Shown here: in pieces, positions 58,992-64,000 of the stretch | Numbering within the stretch: the first letter of the stretch is position 1 | Layout of the letters: every line of letters starts with the position of its first letter | DNA from: an uncultured Elusimicrobia bacterium | GTDB taxonomy: Bacteria; Elusimicrobiota; Elusimicrobia; UBA1565; UBA9628 | Reading direction: 5' to 3' | Assembly (NCBI GenBank): GCA_965283875.1 | Contig: CBDIQC010000001.1 | Location: forward strand, 2,070,110-2,134,109 | DNA: 64,000 nucleotides | Notes under the pieces: model-generated | The model's input: the letters and a program-made list of their open reading frames with translations, nothing else | Told to the model about the DNA's origin: nothing | Databases searched by the model: none | Program-made: the position numbers and the translations under genes

Positions 58992-59649
58992 CCTGATCGA
59001 CATACGGGACGTCGCCAAGGTCTATCGGCGCGGCGCCGAAGAGGTCCACGCGCTGCGGGGCGTCTCGGTCCGAATCGCCCAAGGCGAGTTCGTGGCCGTC
59101 GTCGGCCCGTCGGGCTCGGGAAAAACGACCCTTCTTCAGATCATCGGCTGCATGGACCGGCCGACGTCCGGCTCAGTGCGGATTGGCGGCGCCGAGACGA
59201 GCGGGCTTGACGATCGCGCGATGACGGCGCTTCGCAGGGACGCTATCGGCTTCGTCTTTCAGCAGTTCTTCCTGCTGCCTTCGCTCACGGCTGCCGAGAA
59301 CGTCATGCTGCCGACGGTCTTTAATCCGCGGCGCGCCCAAAAACGGGACGCACGAGAACTGCTTGGCCTAGTCGATCTCGAGGACCGGATGCAGCACCGA
59401 ATAGCCGAGCTCTCCGGCGGACAGATGCAGCGCGTCGCTATCGCCCGGGCTCTGGTGAACCGACCGCAGATTCTTTTGGCGGATGAGCCCACCGGCAACC
59501 TGGACTCCGAAAACGCGGCGCACATCTTCCGGCTGTTCCAGGAACTCAAGGCCTCCGGCGTGACGGTCGTCGTTGTGACGCATAACTTGGACCTGGCTGA
59601 AAAAGCCGACCGCATCCTGCGGATCAAGGATGGGCGCGTCACCGGCTGA
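58984..59649 (+). CDS. ABC transporter ATP-binding protein (MacB/LolD type)
   Basis: Walker A GPSGSGKTT, Q-loop, signature LSGGQMQRVAIARAL, Walker B ILLADEPT. Confidence 0.9.
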   Translation: MTDLIDIRDVAKVYRRGAEEVHALRGVSVRIAQGEFVAVVGPSGSGKTTLLQIIGCMDRPTSGSVRIGGAETSGLDDRAMTALRRDAIGFVFQQFFLLPSLTAAENVMLPTVFNPRRAQKRDARELLGLVDLEDRMQHRIAELSGGQMQRVAIARALVNRPQILLADEPTGNLDSENAAHIFRLFQELKASGVTVVVVTHNLDLAEKADRILRIKDGRVTG

Positions 59650-59680
59650 ACGTCGAATGAGCGACGCGACGTTCGGTTTC
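59648..59680 (+). terminator. Weak terminator-like hairpin after the ABC operon
   Basis: gaacgtcg-N11-cgacgttc followed by ggtttc. The short T tract makes the call weak. Confidence 0.35.
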
Positions 59681-59739
59681 ATAGCGCATGGGCCGGCAGA
59701 CAAAGCGTTGCTAAACCGGCGCATGAAGGTCTTGAAAGC

Positions 59740-61653
59740 CTAGGTGGCAGCGATGCTCGGAGCGCCGGCAGTCCGCTTCCCCAGCTTCCATAGGAAAGCC
59801 GACAGGGCGAGAACCGCCAGTTGGATCAGGAGGGTCTCCGCGGTGGGATAGACGCCGATCAGGTCCAGGCGCAGCCGCGCGGGTCCGCTCGTGACCGTGA
59901 CAAGGCCGGCTTCCTGAAGCGAATGGATGCCCTTACCCGCGATCATGAACGCGAGGGCCACCATGAGCCCGGAGCTGGCAGTGAAGACCTTGCGGATGGG
60001 CAGCTTCGCGCTGTAGCGGACCAAGGCGAAAGAGGCCGCCAGCACCAGCAGCATTCCCGCCGCCGCCCCCGCGCCGGCCGAGCTGCGCGCCGCGCCCTCG
60101 GCGTCGAGGATCACCGCGCGAAGGAACAGGACCGTCTCGAAGGCCTCGCGGAACACGGCCGCGAACGAGATCGCGGCCAGCCCGAACAGGCGCTTGTCCG
60201 CCAGCGCCTCCTTGACCTGCCCTTCGATGAACGCCTTCCAGCGGGAGATCTCCGTGCGGCTGTGCAGCCAGAACCCCACGTAGAGGAGCACGACCACGGC
60301 CGAGAGCGAGACAAAGCCTTCCATGAGTTCTCGGCTCGCGCCGCTCAGGCTGATCAGCCAACCCGAGAAGAACCATGCGGCTACGCCCACGCCGACGGCG
60401 GCGAGCCAACCGCCGTGAATCCACGCGACCGCGGCGGATCGGGGAGACGCGCGAACGACGGCCAGGAGCGCGATCACGATGAGGGCCGCCTCGAAGCCTT
60501 CACGGACGATGACTCCCATCGCGGCGAGAAAGCTCATCCACGGCGACATCGTCTCGTGAGAGAGAAGGGTCGCCGCCCGGTCGATCGCCTGCCGGACGGC
60601 GTCGTAACGGGACGAGAGCTCGGCCGCGGGCCGCTTGGCCTCGATCCCGGAGCGCACGGCCGCCATGCTGTCCTCGAGCTCCACGACCAACTCCGCGCTC
60701 GCGGCCTTCAAGCGCGGCTCGACCGGCTCGACGCCCTCGAGGTAGGAGCGCAGCGACAACGCCTTCGCGGCGTGGTAGTCCCCGGCTTGAACCTTCGTCC
60801 ACGACTCATCGAGGAGAGTCCTGGCGTTCGCGAGGCTAGCGCCTCCGTCCCCGCCGCCGCTTCCGCCGTCGCCGGCGCGCCACGCCGCCAAGCGCTTGTC
60901 CTTATCCTCGTCCGAGCCGGTCATCTCCCGCCGCAACTCATCGTCCGAGGACGATGCAAGCTTGGCAAGGGAGATGGCCGGGACCTCTCCCGTCGCCGCC
61001 TTCCGCGCCTTCTCATGCCGAAGTGAGCTCAGATAGAAGGCCAGCTCCCAAACCTCTTGGTCGGATAAATCCTCCCAAGCGGTCATCAAGGTGCCCGGCA
61101 CTCCGGAGCGAATGGTGTTGAAGGCCTGGAAAGGAGACACGCCGTTCATCTTCGGGGACATGAAGTTCGTCGGATGAGGATGGAGGTCCGCCGCCAAGGG
61201 ACCGTCGCCCCGTCCCGTCAGTCCGTGGCACGATACGCAGTTCTTCACGAACGTCGCGCGGCCCTTGGCGAGGACGGGCCAGGAATCCGGCGCCATCGCC
61301 ATGCCCGTCAAGGCGATCACCTCGCGTTTGGCGGCGAGCGCGGCCTTCGCCACTTGAACCGGTTCCGCCTTCGCTAGGAGCAGCTTGCGCAGAGTTTGGA
61401 TTTTTGCGACGGGCCCACCTGCTTTCGCCGCTCCAGGGATGGGTTTGGCCGCTTCGAGCGCTGCCCTGGCGAATTCCAACTGCTCTTTGTACTCCGATTC
61501 GCTGAGAACCTTGCCGCCCGAGACGACCGCGGGATAGTCGGTGGCGATGTAGTCGAGGAGATTGACGACCAGGCGCGCTTCGCCGTCGCTCTTGGCGGCG
61601 ACGGTGGTAGCAAGAAGAACGCACAGCAAGGAGGCGCGAGCGAGGCGGATCAT
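59740..61653 (-). CDS. Fusion of a periplasmic cytochrome c domain and an FTR1-family iron permease
   Basis: Signal peptide. Haem motif CVSCH with a downstream Met region (GTLMTAW). C-terminal 7-TM part carries the two REGFE-type motifs (REGFEA, REAFET). Confidence 0.8.
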   Translation of the reverse strand: MIRLARASLLCVLLATTVAAKSDGEARLVVNLLDYIATDYPAVVSGGKVLSESEYKEQLEFARAALEAAKPIPGAAKAGGPVAKIQTLRKLLLAKAEPVQVAKAALAAKREVIALTGMAMAPDSWPVLAKGRATFVKNCVSCHGLTGRGDGPLAADLHPHPTNFMSPKMNGVSPFQAFNTIRSGVPGTLMTAWEDLSDQEVWELAFYLSSLRHEKARKAATGEVPAISLAKLASSSDDELRREMTGSDEDKDKRLAAWRAGDGGSGGGDGGASLANARTLLDESWTKVQAGDYHAAKALSLRSYLEGVEPVEPRLKAASAELVVELEDSMAAVRSGIEAKRPAAELSSRYDAVRQAIDRAATLLSHETMSPWMSFLAAMGVIVREGFEAALIVIALLAVVRASPRSAAVAWIHGGWLAAVGVGVAAWFFSGWLISLSGASRELMEGFVSLSAVVVLLYVGFWLHSRTEISRWKAFIEGQVKEALADKRLFGLAAISFAAVFREAFETVLFLRAVILDAEGAARSSAGAGAAAGMLLVLAASFALVRYSAKLPIRKVFTASSGLMVALAFMIAGKGIHSLQEAGLVTVTSGPARLRLDLIGVYPTAETLLIQLAVLALSAFLWKLGKRTAGAPSIAAT

Positions 61654-61660
61654 CGGCCCA

Positions 61661-61689
61661 ATTCTAGCAAATGAGCCTCACTTATTGAA
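61661..61689 (-). promoter_or_regulatory. Candidate promoter TTCAAT-17-TAGAAT, 7 nt before ATG 61653 (leaderless type)
   Basis: On the minus strand: TTCAAT 61689-61684 (inside palindrome site 1), TAGAAT 61666-61661, tgggccg, ATG. Confidence 0.45.
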
Positions 61690-61705
61690 ATGCAGTATCA
61701 ATAAG
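61681..61705. promoter_or_regulatory. 25-bp palindrome CTTATTGA-N9-TCAATAAG, site 1 (candidate repressor operator)
   Basis: Perfect 8-bp arms at 61681-61688 and 61698-61705, extendable to 10 bp (cacttattga/tcaataagtg). AT-rich island in 70% GC DNA. Confidence 0.6.
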
Positions 61706-61791
61706 TGGGCGTATCGTTTCGTGATATTCAACGCCTTGCGACTGCTCGGCGACCTGCCTTTGCCGCCCGCCGAATTTGGTAGCCTCGACTC

Positions 61792-63072
61792 ATGGCACAT
61801 GCGGCGACGGATCCCCTCCGCTCCCTGATCACCCGCTGGCGCGAGGACGCCGGCGGCACCTACCGGACGTGGTTCCTGTGGGAGGAGCGCCTCAAGAACT
61901 TCCGTTCGATCCGGACCGGACTGCAGCAGGTGATGCAGGAGATCGAGGACGGCGGCTTCGGCACCGCCTACAAGGGCTCCTCGCTCGAGGCTGTCGTCGG
62001 CTCGATCGTCGAGCAACGGCAGATGTTCAAGGGAGCCGATCACGCCTTCCTCTGGAAGCCGAAGCTGCGGATTCCCGACATCTACGAGAGCCCCGAGAAC
62101 CAGCGGGCCTTCGGCCGATTTTTGAGGACTTGCGCCTGCGCCAACAACGAGAAGGCGTTGATCGAGGCGATCCAGCAGCTCGACGCGCGGCGCATCAAGG
62201 GCCTCGGGCCGGCGGCGGCCAACTTGATGTACTTCCTGCATCCGACGCTCATGCCGCCCTTCAACACCTCGATCGTGAGGGGCTACAACGCGCTCGCCGG
62301 CGCCTCGGCCAAGCTTGGCAAGTGGCCGGACTACCTGGCGATGCGCGACGGCTTCCTCCGGCTGACGGAGCAGTTCCGGGACCTGCTGTCGAACGACCTG
62401 GGAGCCGTGGCCGGCCTGGCGTTCGACGTCGGCTCCGGCCGCTGGGCCGCCCCGCCGCGGGAGGGCGACGCGGCGGCGATGGCGGAATGGGAAAAGGACC
62501 TGGCCCGTGTCCGCGAGGCGAGCGCGCTCGCGCGCAAGGCGCAGGAGAAGGCGCTCGCGGGCGACCGCACGCACACCCAGCTCCAAGCCTGGCTGCGCGA
62601 CTTGGGCAAGGCCCTCGGCTTCACGGTCTGGGTGGCGGCCAACGACCGCGGCCGCGCGTGGGACGGCGGCCTTCTGGGGGAGGGCTGCCTGGAGTGCCTG
62701 CCGCCCCAGGCCGAGCAGCCCGCCTCCGCCGACAGGGTCCGCCTCATCGACGTGATCTGGTTCGGCCGCGACGGCAAGGCCGCCGCCGCCTTCGAGGTCG
62801 AGCATACGACGAGCATCGAGTCGGGCATCATGCGCCTGCTCGATCTGGCCCACGGCGCCCAGCCGGCGCTCGCCTGCGGCCTGTTCATCGTCGCGCCGGA
62901 CGACCGGGAGGATGACGTGCGCCGGCAGCTCCGACGGCCGGCCTTCCGCCAGGTCTCCGCTCTCGGCGTCCGCTACCTCCCCTACAGCGAGCTGGATAAG
63001 AACCGCGAGGCGATGGCGCGCTTCGGCGAGGGGTTGAAGGCGATCGAGGCGGTCTCACGGGTGCTCGTCTGA
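61792..63072 (+). CDS. Orphan restriction-endonuclease-like (PD-(D/E)xK-type) protein, function unknown
   Basis: 426-aa ORF with normal composition; the overlapping minus ORF 61678..62853 is Arg/Gly junk. The C-terminal block HTQLQAWLRDLGKALGF.VWVA...RLIDVIWF...AAAFEVEHTTSI.SGIMRLLDL looks like a nuclease core. The N-terminal block has IKGLGPAAANLMYFLHP. Confidence 0.5.
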   Translation: MAHAATDPLRSLITRWREDAGGTYRTWFLWEERLKNFRSIRTGLQQVMQEIEDGGFGTAYKGSSLEAVVGSIVEQRQMFKGADHAFLWKPKLRIPDIYESPENQRAFGRFLRTCACANNEKALIEAIQQLDARRIKGLGPAAANLMYFLHPTLMPPFNTSIVRGYNALAGASAKLGKWPDYLAMRDGFLRLTEQFRDLLSNDLGAVAGLAFDVGSGRWAAPPREGDAAAMAEWEKDLARVREASALARKAQEKALAGDRTHTQLQAWLRDLGKALGFTVWVAANDRGRAWDGGLLGEGCLECLPPQAEQPASADRVRLIDVIWFGRDGKAAAAFEVEHTTSIESGIMRLLDLAHGAQPALACGLFIVAPDDREDDVRRQLRRPAFRQVSALGVRYLPYSELDKNREAMARFGEGLKAIEAVSRVLV

Positions 63073-63159
63073 AGATTTCCGAGTGCCATTCTCCCACCGC
63101 CCTTCCGGCGCTTTCGGACTGCTCGCGTCCGTCGCGCCGCTCCCCGCGCGCCCGCCGAG

Positions 63160-63224
63160 TTATTGAGATTGCATTTCAATAAGAGTTGTGCTAGAGTTTT
63201 CTTATTAAGACTCGATCTCAATAA
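63160..63224. promoter_or_regulatory. Palindrome sites 2 and 3 (TTATTGA-N9-TCAATAA and TTATTAA-N9-TCAATAA) bracketing the exbB promoter TTGCAT-17-TAGAGT
   Basis: Site 2 at 63160-63182 and site 3 at 63202-63224. TTGCAT 63169-63174 lies inside site 2, and TAGAGT 63192-63197 lies between the sites. Confidence 0.6.
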
Positions 63225-63248
63225 GGGCCGGGTCCAGGAGCCGGGATC

Positions 63249-63914
63249 ATGGAGTCGATGTTCAAGAAGTTGGCGCTGCTGGGCGACGTGTGGGTGCTGT
63301 GGCTGCTCGTCGCGGCGAGCGTCGTCTCGCTGGGCGTAATCTTTGAGCGCTGGCGAGCCTTCCGCCGCGAGCGCTGCGACTTCGCCCGCCTGCTCGACGG
63401 TTTGGCCGAACGCTTCGAGCGCGGCGACTCGGCCGGCGCGCGCCAACTTGCCCAGTCGACCTCGGGCGTCGAGGCGCGCGTGGCGCTCGCGGGCTTGGCG
63501 AACTTCTCCAAAGGCCCGGCGTCGGTCGAGGAGGCGATGACCTCGCGCCTCGTCATCGAGCGCAGCGCGCTCGAGGAGAACCTCATCGTGCTGGGCACGC
63601 TCGGCAATAACGCGCCGTTCATCGGCCTGTTCGGCACGGTGCTCGGCATCATCAAGGCCTTCAATGACCTGGCCGTCTCCGGCGGCTCGGGCGTGGCGGT
63701 GGTCATGTCGGGCGTCTCCTCGGCGCTCGTCGCGACCGCCTTCGGCATCCTCGTCGCGATCCCCGCGGTGGTGGCCAACAACTACTTCCAGACACGCCTG
63801 CGCCGCATCGTCTCCAACGCGCAGAGCCTGGCGCACATGTTCCAGGTCTACCTGCGCGACCAGGCGCCGCGCGCGGCGTCGCGGCCCGCGCCGTTGGAGC
63901 GGGTCCTATCGTGA
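63249..63914 (+). CDS. exbB: MotA/TolQ/ExbB proton-channel protein
   Basis: LGTLGNNAPFIGLFGTVLGIIKAF and ALVATAFGILVAIPAVVANNYF signatures. AGGAG lies 8 nt upstream. Confidence 0.9.
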   Translation: MESMFKKLALLGDVWVLWLLVAASVVSLGVIFERWRAFRRERCDFARLLDGLAERFERGDSAGARQLAQSTSGVEARVALAGLANFSKGPASVEEAMTSRLVIERSALEENLIVLGTLGNNAPFIGLFGTVLGIIKAFNDLAVSGGSGVAVVMSGVSSALVATAFGILVAIPAVVANNYFQTRLRRIVSNAQSLAHMFQVYLRDQAPRAASRPAPLERVLS

Positions 63915-64000
63915 ACGCCGAACTCGAGGCCGACGGCACGGTCACGGGCATCAACGTGACCCCGCTCGTCGACATCATGCTCGTCCTGCTGATCGTCTTC
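63911..64000 (+). CDS. exbD: ExbD/TolR biopolymer transport protein, 5' part (runs off the window end)
   Basis: GTG overlaps the exbB stop (GTGA). GINVTPLVDIMLVLLIVF is the family N-terminal TM signature. Confidence 0.8.
   Translation, partial: MNAELEADGTVTGINVTPLVDIMLVLLIVF

Noticed and set aside
61678-62853. The 391-aa minus-strand ORF opposite the nuclease-like gene
   Set aside because: It has an Arg/Gly/Pro-rich junk composition. The plus-strand ORF has balanced composition and recognisable blocks.
40690-63250. Calling the metal/PKS/iron region a tRNA-integrated genomic island or other mobile element
   Set aside because: No integrase, transposase, conjugation gene or flanking direct repeat was seen. 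The tRNA-like relic points its 5' end, not its 3' end, toward the region. Only compositional hints remain; these are reported at low interest.

Overview
High-GC (~70%), densely coding bacterial chromosomal window from a diderm organism (TolC/CzcC-like, PorV-like and other outer-membrane beta-barrels, many lipoproteins). I support about 65 protein genes, one canonical tRNA-Glu(CTC), one degenerate tRNA-like element, several intrinsic terminators, sigma70-like promoters and three kinds of repeats. Left part (1-40.7 kb): envelope and housekeeping genes (S9, S8, S1 and M16 peptidases, PBP1A, LpxL-type acyltransferase, RhtA-like exporter, PLD), a DUF4139 plus CsgG-like/DUF4810/DUF799 lipoprotein cluster, and a tandem pair of atypical ClpA/ClpC-like double AAA+ ATPases. 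In these the Clp_N domain is replaced by a signal-anchor, an Ala-rich stretch and an unrecognised helical region. Right part (40.7-64 kb): a 12-gene, translationally coupled metal-efflux supraoperon (small Cys/His protein, CzcC, a 184-aa His-rich mini-adaptor, CzcA, P-II-like protein, six uncharacterised ORFs, P1B-ATPase). It is followed by a type III PKS-methyltransferase-flavoprotein operon, an ArsR-headed OMP/FMN_bind-like/lipoprotein/FtsX/ABC operon, a cytochrome c-FTR1 fusion, an orphan nuclease-like gene bracketed by three copies of a 25-bp palindrome, and ExbBD. Two observations cut across the window. At least six transcription units have a consensus-like promoter whose -10 box lies 5-7 nt from the start codon (leaderless architecture). 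Five genes carry single-base frameshifts in G/C runs (sequence errors or pseudogenes). I saw no CRISPR array, rRNA, transposase or integrase. All family calls were made by eye from motifs and remembered family signatures; no database search or folding program was run.
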